Assembly: GCA_950097015.1 (NCBI GenBank)
Contig: CATNEN010000034.1
Coordinates: 186,001-250,000, forward strand
Length of the DNA: 64,000 nucleotides
Direction of reading: 5' to 3'
Source of the DNA: Macrostomum hystrix
Lineage: Eukaryota; Animalia; Platyhelminthes
Below are positions 10,230 to 21,036 of this stretch, piece after piece (within the stretch, counting starts at the first letter, position 1; each line of letters begins with the position of its first letter). Both the position numbers and the translations under genes were made by a program. The notes below the pieces were generated by a model, which was not told the DNA's origin, made no database searches, and worked only from the letters and a program-made list of their open reading frames with translations.

Positions 10230-12600
10230 CCGGCTCACCTGCCGGCTATAAAAGGTGTGAAGGCCACCATGACACTCATCGAGGGTACGACTCCGAAGTT
10301 TTGCCGCGCACGTCCCGTTCCCATCGCGCTGGAGGCTACTGTGAATGCCGAGCTGGATCGTCTGCAAGGTTTGGGCGTCATCGAGCCAATTGACGGTCCG
10401 GTGAGTAATGCTTCTGCAGTCGTTTGGATCAAGAAGAAGGATGGTTCACTTCGGATGTGTGCTGATTACAGCGTTCACGTTAATGCAAAAATTAAGTCAG
10501 ATTCTTACCCAATTCCAAACATCGAGTGCCTCTTCGCAAGACTAAAGAACGCCAAGAAGTTTGCTGCAGTCGACCTTCGCTCTGCGTATTGGCAGATCGA
10601 GCTTGACGCTGCTGCACAGGACCTATCCATCATCAACACGTCGAAGGGCCTTTATCGCGTTCGCCGCCTACAAATGGGGATGAAGAACTCCTCGTTTATT
10701 TTCCAACGCGTGATGGAGTCTATTCTTGGCGACCTCAAAGGCGTTCTTGTCTATCCGACTCGCTGCACGCTGCAGAAGCGCTTGCAGGCAGTCAGGACTC
10801 GACTTCGCGAGAAGCATGTGACCATGAATGACGAAAAGTGCGTGGAAGAGTGCGACGAGATTTCCTTTCTGGGTTTCCGGATCTCGGATGCTGGGATTCA
10901 CCCTGATACTCGGCTTGTGGAGAAGATTCGCAGCATTGCTGCTCCCTCAACCAAGAAAGAACTTGAGCATTTTTTGGGCCCCGCCAACTTCTATGGCCGG
11001 TTAGTTCCCAACTTCGCTGGGAAATACTTGCCGCTTCATGCCCTCCGCCGCTCTGACGCAGCGTTCGTGTGGTCTGCCGATTGCGATCGTGCCTTTGTTG
11101 AGCTGAAAAAAGAAATTTCGTCGATCCCGGTTGTTCAGCCCTACTCACTCGAGAAAGAGCTCACTTTAACGACAGACGCTTCGCTGGGTGCCCTTGCTGC
11201 AGTCGTGACTCAGGACGGACATCCGGTCATCTTCATTTCTCGTTGCCTTTCTAAAGCCGAGCAAAATTATTCGAACATTGAGCGCGAAGCTTTGGCCGTT
11301 TTTTGGGCCGTGCAGCGCCTGCAACACTACCTCCTGGGGCGCCGTTTTACTATCGATACTGACCATCAGCCATTGGTTCGACTCTTTGGCCAGACGGGGG
11401 GCGTGCCTACAAACACTTCCGTTCGCATTTCACGGTGGGCATTGACCATGATGCACTTCGACTATGACATCAAGTACACCCCTGGTCGGCAAATTGGCCA
11501 TGCGGACGCGCTATCCCGCCTTCGCTTTACTGATTCTTCGCTGGACTCATGCGCTACTTCTGCTGCGATACATTGCGTCACGTTTGAGACCGCCGTAATT
11601 GCGCAACATCGAATCCTCGGAGAACTGGATGCTGACCCACTCTTACAGCGGATTTTGACTCGCGTGCGCACCGGCGATTGGAGCCAGTGTTCCCAAGCTG
11701 AACGGGCGTTTGCGACTGTGGCAGGTATGCTCACGATCGAGGATGGTCTACTCTGCTACGGTCGTCGGGTTTTCATTCCACCGTCTCCGGGCAGAGGCCT
11801 TTCGAGCTGCGCACACTACGCACTCCGGACATGTGGCTACCTACAATTTTATGGCGGTATCGTGCTGGTGGCCAGGTATGCATTCCGACGTGGAGCGGTT
11901 CGTGCGAGGCTGCGCCACCTGCAACCTGTTACGCCCGAGGTTGGGACAGGAACGTGATGTGTGGCCTTTGACTGTCTTTCCATTCCAAAAGGTTCACATA
12001 GACTGGGCCTTCGTTCCGGATGCAGGTAATGTTCTCATCATCGTGGACGCCTTCTCGGGCTGGATAGAGGCATTCCCTTGCAAAGATCGCACTTCCGAGT
12101 CCGTTATCAAGTCGTTGCGCACCGTGTTCACCCGCTTTGGCGTGCCGGAACTGTTGGTATCGGACAATGCTCCTGAATTCCTCAGTGACTCGTTCCGTTC
12201 GTGGCTAAGCATCAACGGTGTTAGGAAGATGGAGTCACCTACCTATTACTCCCAGGCTAATGGTGCTGCTGAAAGAGCTGTTCAAACGGTTAAGCGAGCG
12301 CTGCGCGCTTGGAGTGAGCGGCTCACGCATGCTCCGTTTGTACCGTTTTTGCAGAAAGTTCTATTTCACCATCGTATTTCGTCCCTCTCGCGCGGAAAGA
12401 GTCCTGCTGAGCTAGTCTTTGGTCGTCAGCTTCGTGTCCCTCTCGTTTCTCGATATTCCCAGGGTGACCATGTGCTCTATTAGCAGACGTCCTCCCAACT
12501 GCCGAACAAGGTGGACTTTCTAATGAGCCAGGGCCGCAACACTGCTTGGGTACTTGACGGCGCCTCGCTACGCCTGGCCAGCACCAATCAGTTGGCCCCC
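10230..12600 (+). pseudogene. Ty3/Gypsy pol (RT-RNaseH-integrase), 5'-truncated and defective
   Basis: PKFCRARPVP, LRMCADY, AVDLRSAYWQI, GMKNSSFIFQR, LTTDAS, NYSNIEREALAV, FTIDTDHQPL, HHCC zinc finger, and integrase D-D-E (HIDWAF, VSDNAPEF, NGAAERAVQ). YxDD is deleted, there is a frameshift near 11790 and a stop at 12481. No gag or protease present. Confidence 0.93.
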
Positions 12601-12957
12601 CTCGATGCTGACTGATGACAGCGACTCGATCCCCGTGGCCGAGGGTTCAGTGCCGGCTTTCCCCGTGGCTCCCCAGGCTCCTGACGACCCAGCAGCCGCC
12701 GATGCTCCGGTCGACGCTGTACCCCCCCGCCGCAGCGCTAGATTTCGGCGCCCTCCTGTTCGTTTTGTTCCTTGACTACGACTGGACGTGACTGATCTGT
12801 TCTCATTACTACTATTCTTACCACTAACAGTGCTGTGACTAAGTTGAAGATGCAGTGATGCGTGTTTGTTCACTCGGTCTTGTTCCGCCCGACCTCCGCT
12901 CCCTTTACCTTCGCTTGTGTCTCTCTATCTGTTGTTGCCCTGCGTCTGCACTCTGTC

Positions 12958-12967
12958 GGGAGGGGGA
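12958..12967 (+). other. Polypurine tract of the Gypsy element
   Basis: GGGAGGGGGA lies 2 nt before the TG that opens the LTR. Confidence 0.75.
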
Positions 12968-12969
12968 CA

Positions 12970-13184
12970 TGAAGTAGCAAGTTCGCTAGTTGGTTTTGCT
13001 TGCGCGTCTTAGCGTCTTACTTTATATGTCTATGTGCCATCCTCCCTCCCTTGTTTCTTCATATCGTAGAGGAGGCCCCTCTCAGGCAGTAGCCCCTTTC
13101 TACCGCGCGGCTACCCGAGCTCGCAAGACTTCTAATAAACGTAGTCTTCTGGAAAAGCACTTTTACTTGTTAGCCCAAACATCA
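12970..13184 (+). mobile_element. 3' LTR of the Gypsy element (215 bp)
   Basis: Starts TGAAGT and ends ACATCA (near-perfect terminal inverted repeat), follows the PPT, and has an internal AATAAA near 13135. The 5' LTR is absent from the window. Confidence 0.75.
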
Positions 13185-13209
13185 ATCCACATCACAGAGT
13201 AAGGATATT

Positions 13210-14347
13210 ATGCATAATGAAGTTTCCGAGTTTCTCACAGATGCATTTTTCAACTTGGAAAATGTTACCTCCTTCAGTGGTAATAAGTCTGAACTAGTGC
13301 GTGCTGTGTTGAAAAAATTTCCACGGAAAAGTCGAAAATTCAGGATGTTACAAGCTGGGTGCAATCAACAAAAGAGCATCATCTTTTTCAAAAGGCTCGC
13401 CGAAGATTTTTAACTCCAAAAATTAGCATACCACCTGTTCCAATGTTTCAGTTTCAAATTGACATAGCAGATCCCATCAATACCAGTCAGAGAATAGAGG
13501 TTATCGATACATACTTGTTATTATCGATTGCTTTACGCGAACGGTACGCTTACGAGCATTACGCACAAAAAAACCGGCTGAAGTGAGTCGCGTTCTGTTA
13601 GAAGTTTTTCAAAGCGGATTTAAACCAGTCTACATGCAAGGAGATGCTGGAATGGAGTTTCTTGGAAAATCAACCAGACAAATGTTTAAGCAGCACGATG
13701 TTCGATTCTTTGTAAGTCAAAGCACATACAAAGCAAGCATGGCAGAACGTTTCATCCGCACACTAAAAGAACGTTTGCTGCGGTACTTTAGAGCCAAAAA
13801 TCTACCTCGCTGGTTGGATATTCTCGCACACATGGAGTCGATTTTCAATTCAAGTCCACATCGATCTTTGAGTCGAAATTCACCGAAACAATTCGAATCA
13901 GATCCACATCTGCAGGGTATCCTTTGGGAAAATATGCTTGCTAGGCGAGGCAAGGATAGACAACCACGTTTCAAAATCAACGATTGGTTTCGAATTGCAA
14001 GACAACGAGGAACATTTGAGAAAGGATACACGACTACTTGGAGCAATTCAACTTTCCGAATTCATCGAGTTCATCTATTGGACCCACCGATGTATGAACT
14101 CTCTGACCCGGAGGAAAATTTTGAAGTTTTGAAGGGGCGATTTAATGAAGCGGAGCTGATGCTAGTAAACGGTACTGAGGAAAATCCCGTAACAATTGAT
14201 CGAGTTCTTCAAGCTGATCGATCCAAGAATGGATCTCGAATGTATCTTGTAAAATGGAAAAAATTGCCAATCTCACGAAGTCAATGGTTAAATGAAAGCG
14301 ATCTGGATGCAAAAACAGCTCGATCGTTATCACGTGTCTATAAGTAA
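13210..14347 (+). pseudogene. Polinton retroviral-like integrase with C-terminal chromodomain, frameshifted
   Basis: SFSGNKSEL..., KARRRF..FQFQIDIAD, YMQGDAGMEF, KASMAERFIRTLKERL, RIARQRGTFEKGYTTTWS; chromodomain IDRVL...MYLVKWKKLPISRSQWLNESDL. Split over three frames. Confidence 0.9.
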
Positions 14348-14353
14348 GAGAAG

Positions 14354-14818
14354 ATGGTAATTTATTGTCAAAAAAGATCGGACATAGACCCAGTTTTTGC
14401 ATTTTATTCTGGACCAACCAGTGGTGCCGGAGGTCGTGGTGGATCTGCAAGCACAATTCCAGTCTACGAGGGTTATGGTTTTTTATCAAACCTAGGTGAT
14501 AGAGTGTTATACCCCGTGCTCAGAAATGCTAAGAAAGATCTATTGGATTGCTTGAAAAGCGCAGCAGCTAAAATCGGAATGGGGCGAAAGCGTCCCTTTG
14601 AAGTTTTGCCAAGCGATGACTCGTTTGATATGCCAGTTGTTGGCTCTAAACGACGAAGAAGGACAAGACGAGTGACTATAAGCAAAAATCGCAAACAAAG
14701 AAAATCTGCAACAGGACAAAAACAAAGATCGAGTTTTGTAAACCGAAAGAGGAAGGGAAAGAGAAGAAGTAAGAAAAACACATCTGCTGGCAAGAAAAAT
14801 AAACTTTTCAGTCTCTGA
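14354..14818 (+). CDS. Polinton PZ-like basic core protein (154 aa)
   Basis: IPVYEGYGFLSNLGDRVLYPVL motif, Arg/Lys-rich C-terminus, and position between INT and the capsid gene. Confidence 0.6.
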   Translation: MVIYCQKRSDIDPVFAFYSGPTSGAGGRGGSASTIPVYEGYGFLSNLGDRVLYPVLRNAKKDLLDCLKSAAAKIGMGRKRPFEVLPSDDSFDMPVVGSKRRRRTRRVTISKNRKQRKSATGQKQRSSFVNRKRKGKRRSKKNTSAGKKNKLFSL

Positions 14819-14826
14819 AAAGTAAC

Positions 14827-16127
14827 ATGCAACAGCTTCTCGGACCCGATATTGCTGCCTTAAAAAGTGAATTGTCTCTTTTTGACCAAAGTCCTGTTCA
14901 ATTTAGCGTTTTGGAAAGTCGTTATACAGATATTCAGCCACAGCACGGATTGACTTGAGGTTCGCCAATTGAATTTGAAATAATACCTGCAGGTGACACA
15001 TATCTGGATCTGCATGAGACAGTGCTCACAGTGAGCTTTCGTGTTACTGATACTGATGGTAAAGCAATCGATTCTGCAAAAAATTTGGACTTTTGTTTGA
15101 GGACGTGCAGTTTTCAATAGGTGACACTGTGGTTGAGGGTGGGAACTTCATGTATCCTTACAAGGCAATGCTTCTCACTCTGCTAGAATATGGAGATACT
15201 GCACAGAAAGCGGGTCTGGTACCCTGGGGATTTTACAAATATTTTACTGCTGGTAAAATGAATTCAGTGAGTGAAAATGAAGGTCGAAAAGCAAGACAGG
15301 ATCTAATTGCTGACAATCGTCAATGTACAGTCTCAGGTCCGCTATTCTTGGATTTGTTTTGTCAGCCGCGTTATGTGCTATCAAAGACTCCGCTACAAAT
15401 CAAGCTCATGCCAGCAAAAAGTAAATTCATTTTGAGTGGATCAGCAATTGGTGCAGGCACACCGTTAAAGGAATATGAAATAAACTTCCTACGCGCAGAA
15501 CTACGCTTGCGTCTTATTCAGCCTTCACCGAGCGTCATTAGCGCTCATTCCCATGGACTAAAAAGTCACAATGCATTGTATCCGCACCGAAGCTTGAGTT
15601 TAGGCACATTAACTATTCCGCGTGGTTCGTCCAGTCACACTCATGAGAACTTATTCCCAAGTGGAGTGCCGCGACTACTGTTGTTGACTTTTGTTAGCAA
15701 CAAGGCTTTTAACGGTAGCATAGACACCAATCCTTTTAATTTCGAGCATGCTAACGTGAACAACATCGGTGTTTTTGTAAATGGTGAATCGGTTCCATCA
15801 CGTCCCCTGCAGACGAACTTTGATGGTGATTGTGTTAGTGAATACACCTACCTGTTACAACAACTTGGTCTCTATTTGCAAAGCCGAGACATAGGCTTTA
15901 AGATGAGTGAATATGCAAACGGATACAGCATTTTTGCATTTAGCCTTGGTAGTGACAGTGGTGTTGGGCATGGTGTTCAATTGTATAAGGATGGAAATGT
16001 AAAGTGGGAATTACAATTTAGTCGTTCTACAGAAATTGTATATAACGTCATCTTTGGAGGAATTTTTAATAAGCAGCTTCAACTGACTGAGTTATGCAAC
16101 GTTGTTCCTGGAACTGCATGGAAGTAA
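14827..16127 (+). pseudogene. Polinton major capsid protein (PY, double jelly-roll), with a premature stop and frameshift in the 5' part
   Basis: ALKSELSLFDQSPVQ, GSPIEFEI..YLDL, LFEDVQFSIG..NFMYPYKAML, GVPRLLLLTFVSNKAFNGSIDTNPFNFEH, VNGESVPSRPLQTNF. Confidence 0.88.
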
Positions 16128-16600
16128 TTGATTCAATCCTACAACGAGGTGTAACTGATCGTTTTCTTCGTTATGTTGTAACAAAGCTTTCTGCATACTT
16201 TTTACATGCTGTTTTTCTGGGTGTTTTCCCGTGCAACTTGATTGTTGGTTTGAGGCGATTACTGCATGATGGAAAGGACAATTTTTTATTGTTAATACAG
16301 ATAGCTCGAATTTGCCAGGAAAACATTGGGTAGCAGTTTGGGTTCATGGCTATCTAACTAATGCTGGACGACGTGGTAATAGGACTGGAGAATATTTTGA
16401 CTCGCTTGGTTTAGTTCACCTGCCTGAAATTGCACGATGGTTCGGAGCAGATTGTGGTGAAAGAATTGGAGTTTCACCCGCTTTGCTATTCAAGATCCTC
16501 AAAGTGGGCACTGTAGGTTTTGGGTAATTTGCTATATACTTTACAAACGAAAAACTCGTAAAAATTTGCTGTCTTTTATTCGAAAATTTTATAATCGAAG
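16118..16600 (+). pseudogene. Polinton adenain-like cysteine protease, frameshifted
   Basis: FLGVFPCN, FIVNTDSSNLPGKHWVAV, GEYFDSLG and QDPQSGHC across frames. Start overlaps the capsid stop. Confidence 0.82.
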
Positions 16601-17539
16601 TGCTTCTTTTTGAATTGCCTATCTCAAATTACAATCATTTGTTTTACGCACTTTGCCTCAATATTTGTAACTCTTTTTTAGTCTTACTTTTTGCATGATT
16701 TTTGTATGATTTTTTAAATAAACTAACAATAATCAAAAAAATTTATGAAATTGTTAGGAATTTTTTTGTAAAAATTTTTTAAACGAGTTTATTTATTGCT
16801 AGACATTAGGTTTAAAGAGTTTGCTAGTGAGCGGAAACAAGTTCGTTAATGTGTCATAACAGAAATGGAATAAGTTAAAAGTTGGAGAACTTCTTCATCT
16901 TGATGAAAATAAATTCTCTTGACTTCTGCTTAACAAGTCAGAAGTTGTAAAAATGCAGTAGATGGTCAAGACTTCTGTTAACTAAGCTAGTTTGGTAGTC
17001 TAACTTGTTGTCAACATTTCTTGTGCTAATTCTGAGAAGTTTTGACTTGTGAAGTGGTTAATTAACGCAGGCTCTATATTTTGACTTTGCGCAAAGATGA
17101 ATGAAAAGAGTTAAACTTTTTTGACGACTACACCTATTGCTAACACATAAGAGAGTTGAAAAAAAAATTTCCAAGCCCGCATGTTATACGAAGACTGTAA
17201 GTTTTTGTTCTCTCAAACTGCACCTGCCTAAGACTTAGAATTTTGTTGGAGCTCTTTCCAATGCATTTACCTATTGTGTACTTCCTATGCATTTTGCTAT
17301 TTGAAAACCCCCTCTCTGTCAAATTTTCTATTACTACTAATCGCATTTTCTCTTGTGACCACTGTTGTAGAGAGTTGTAAAATGTGCTTTTTGCTTAACG
17401 CGCTACTTAAAGTAATGCCAAAAGGAACTCTTAGCTACAACATTTAATCTATTTTTAGGAATGAGTCATACGCTATTTTTAGAAACAAGTCATATGACAT
17501 GAAACCGGAGAACCGGTTCTTGACAGCTGTGTTTGCTTG

Positions 17540-17715
17540 AATTCCAAATATGGTAAAGCAAACAATTATGATTCATCGGTTTCTGCGTCTGTGTTTACAC
17601 AATATTCCAAATATGGTAAAAACTCACAATCATGACTCACTAAACAAATATGTGTAACCTAAGTAAACACCCGGTAGTAGAACCGGTTTTTCCCCAAAAT
17701 TTTACTATAAATGCA
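17540..17715 (+). promoter_or_regulatory. Putative Pol II promoter: two CArG boxes, forkhead-type sites, AP-1 site, TATA box
   Basis: CCAAATATGG at 17544 and 17607; TGTTTAC/GTAAACA; TGACTCA near 17633; TATAAAT at 17706; a GTAAG donor follows at 17814. Confidence 0.35.
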
Positions 17716-18503
17716 AGCGAAAATCCGAGCTAAAAATTCAGACTCGGAGCGGTCCAGCGGACTTCAAAACACCTTACGAAGAAGAGGACTCATCTCTGAG
17801 GGAAAGACAAGTGGTAAGCGCTTTATTAGACAGAGTTACTTATTGCTAGCAATAGTTGTTGAATTAAACTAAGTTTACGAGAGCCACATATCGTCGATAC
17901 ATTTGAGAAAGGCCTCCTTGTTTCCTAGGATACATTCCTAGAGGATTATTGATTGATTTGATTTGAGTTATCCGTTATCTTTCGGAGGTAACGAAGAAGA
18001 CGCCCTTCAGGAGGACCTACTAGAGATATACAAGAGAGATTTCAATTGTTCACTAGGGCGCACGTTTCTATTGTGAATTCCGAGCTCGAGGAAACCGAAA
18101 AGTAATCTGATTCGCTCTCGTCATTTATTGGCCAACAGACAAACTCAAGCAGCTACCAGGAAGACAAAGAAGACAAGACTACAAAGACTCAAGAAGCAAC
18201 AGAACCGATACTTCACGGTCGACCAGCACAAGAAGAAGAACCGCCGGCTATCGAAAACCAAAGACTACAAACAACTCACTATCAAGGAAGAAGAAGAAAC
18301 TGCAGTAAGTGTCACCTGACTGTTATAAATTCCTAGGCAATTGTTCCCCATTGTCTAGAAGTGGGAGTTTCGTGTGTCTGATCAACACGCAAAACTCTTC
18401 ACTGTTAATAATAAGATCCAAACCAACTTGCTTTTAAAATCCTTTTTCTCTTGTCAGCATTTTATCCAGAAACCCGCGTTTAGTGAACAAGTGTAGACTG
18501 CTA

Positions 18504-18866
18504 TGAGGGGCGTTTAAAACATTTTGTCATTTGCTTAGTTACAGAAGGAATTTGGGAACAAGAGTTTGTTATTTTTTAATATAGTCCCCCTGGCAGTCAA
18601 TGCACTTATGCACACCCCGTCAGGCAGTGCCCACATGCCATTGGTGTGAAACTCGGCCGGCTGGTCCTCAAGGCACTATGGTTCATGAGGGTGGGATGAC
18701 CTCCCTGTTGGACTCGGATTGATGTCCATAGAGGGTCTCTTCAGCTGGCGAAACAGGAAGAAGTCCGAGGGGGCCAGGCCTGGCAAATGAGCTGGGTGGG
18801 GGAGAATCTGAAGGCCAATATATAATGTGATATAGCCGAATGACAAAAGTTTTTAATGCCCCTGCA
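18504..18866 (-). mobile_element. Internally deleted, degenerate mariner (MITE-like)
   Basis: Imperfect ~28-bp TIRs (TGAGGGGCGTTTAAAACATTTTGTCAT / ATGACAAAAGTTTTTAATGCCCCTGCA), with TA on the left. The minus strand reads LEDQPAEFHTNGMWALPD..KCIDCQGDYIKK*, a mariner C-terminus. Confidence 0.75.
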
Positions 18867-19589
18867 TGGTTCAAATAGTTTTGTGTCTCTCAACTTTTTT
18901 CTGTTTGACTTGACCAATATACTTTTATACTTTTATATCACTTTTACTATATACTTTTACAAATTTTATTGCATCATTAATTAATTCCAACAACTCCAAT
19001 TTCACTAAGCCAATTCGGCAATCAAACTTTTGAATTAAAAGTAGAATAATGTCTCCTTTGCCTCATTTACTAAACTCATTACTTTACTGAAAGTAATGAA
19101 GTGAAGTGGAGTTGGAAGTGCACTCCAACCTTTAAAGTACAGAGAATATTTAAAACTGAGAGTGTAATTTTGACACATGGCTGTGCAAGTACATGACGTA
19201 ATTTTGAGTCGGAATAACTGTCTAAGAGCTTATTAGATGTATGGATGTAATTACAAGTAAGAATAACTGTCTAAGAGTGTATTTAAACAAATTGCCTTTT
19301 GAGTCTGAATATTTTAACAGTTCATTTTGAGTCGTAATAACTGTCTGTCTGTCTAATTTTATTTAAACAAATTGCCTTTCAAGTCGGAATAACTGTCTAA
19401 GAGCTTATTAGATTTATGCATATAATTTCGAGTTGGAATGACTGTCTGAGAGTGTAGTTTCTAATTTGTTGAGTCAGCCATTTGATAAAAAAATGACAAA
19501 AATGACGGGATGTAAGAAAAGAGCCCTACAACACATTTAATTGGAATTCAGGTAAAGTTGCTCGCTTGGCAAATAAGATGAATAAAAAT

Positions 19590-20040
19590 AGAATCTTAGA
19601 ATGTAATAGCTGCTCCAGCTGCAAACCCGAAGAGCGCTTTAAAGTCATTGACCAATGCTCATTTGACTCCAAACTGCAGATACTTGAAGCACTGTACATT
19701 AAAGCTCATTCCCCCAACCTCAACACCCAACTCCAACACAGTGGTGCGGGCCTTGTTCTCCGTGTGTTCTGAGAGAGGGGGCACTGGCTGTACTTTCTGC
19801 ACTGCTGGCTGCAATGCTAACAATCCGCCCCTGGACTTGCTTCTTGACTTACGGAGTGTCTAATATGTACTCGAGAAATATTTAAATTATTGATTAAAAA
19901 ATATTGATTATTGTTACAACCAAAGAATCACATATTTATTCGATTTTCTACTTGCTATGTTCATTTTAATAAACCTGAAGATGCACGATTCTGTGCAAAA
20001 CGCGTCGTTAAACGTTAAATGTTGAGTCTCGCCTTTTTAT
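19590..20040 (+). mobile_element. 3' end of a Penelope-like element (GIY-YIG tail and 3' UTR)
   Basis: ECNSCSSCKPEERFKVIDQC..LQILEALYIKAHSPNLNTQL...LVLRVF*, similar to the end of the 57.7-58.9 kb copy. A hammerhead-like motif lies in the UTR. Confidence 0.8.
19972..20009 (+). ncRNA. Degenerate minimal type I hammerhead ribozyme in the Penelope UTR
   Basis: AAC-CTGAAGA-T-GCAC(GATTCT)GTGC-AAAA-CGCGTC-GTT: core CUGANGA, stem II, palindromic stem III ACGCGT, GUC site and 3-bp stem I. The GAAA core reads AAAA. Confidence 0.6.
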
Positions 20041-20073
20041 ACATTTAATTGGCTATTTATTATTTGTCTTTTT

Positions 20074-21036
20074 ACGTCTATACTTTCAGTACCAGAACCA
20101 GTACCAGGATCAGTACCAGGAAAAACCTTCAGCAAAATCAAAGCAAAGCATATATAAAATCAAAAGTTCGACCAACTTCACTATACTAAAACATAAATAC
20201 GCTAAAAATTGCTGCATTAGAATAATGCAATCGTACAGAAAATAAAAAACGAAGTAAAGATGCGATTTCTAACAAACAATCACAAAAATATACGCTTAAT
20301 AAATTAAACAAAAATGTAAAACCAAATAAATTACTCAAGACTCTAAATAGGAACCATTAGCCATTAGTATGTTTCTGAATTTTCAGAGTCTTCTGAGTCC
20401 GCATCTCGGAGCAGTGGGGGGTCAAGTGCCCCCTGCCCTGTACTCTACTGTGCTCAAGTGCAGTACCAGTCACATTTCTGCTTCTAGTCGAGCTAGGTGC
20501 ATGAAATTCTAGATCTAGGAGGAAACATTAGCCATTAGTATGTGTCTGAATTTTCAGAGTCTTCTGAGTCCGCATCTCGGAGCAGTGGGGGGTCAAGTGC
20601 CCCCTGCCCTGTACTCTACTGTGCTCAAGTGCAGTACCAGTCACATTTCTGCTTCTAGTCGAGCTAGGTGCATGAAATTCTAGATCTAGGAGGAAACATT
20701 AGCCATTAGTATGTGTCTGAATTTTCAGAGTCTTCTGAGTCCGCATCTCGGAGCAGTGGGGGGTCAACTGCCCCCTGCCCTGTACTCTACTATGCTCAAG
20801 TGCAGTACCAGTCACATTTCTGCTTCTAGTCGAGCTAGGTGCATGAAATTCTAGGTCTAGGAGGAAACATTAGCCATTAGTATGTGTCTGAATTTTCAGA
20901 GTCTTCTGAGTCCGCATCTCGGAGCAGTGGGGGGTCAAGTGCCCCCTGCCCTGTACTCTACTATGCTCAAGTGCAGTACCAGTCACATTTCTGCTTCTAG
21001 TCGAGCTAGGTGCATGAAATTCTAGGTCTAGGAGGA
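20074..21036 (+). repeat. Left TIR: AT-rich outer part plus four tandem 171-bp units (20355-21036)
   Basis: Unit starts at 20355, 20526, 20697 and 20868. The outer part is the reverse complement of 26231-26497. Confidence 0.92.

Larger units (their letters stand above)
13210..16600 (+). mobile_element. Polinton/Maverick (adintovirus-like) fragment: INT, PZ-like, major capsid, protease
   Basis: Four colinear genes of Polinton type (listed separately). pPolB, packaging ATPase and TIRs were not found in the window. Confidence 0.9.

Noticed and set aside
16600-17500. Further Polinton genes (minus-strand remnants) or a Polinton TIR
   Set aside because: AT-rich with only short frames and no recognisable motif.
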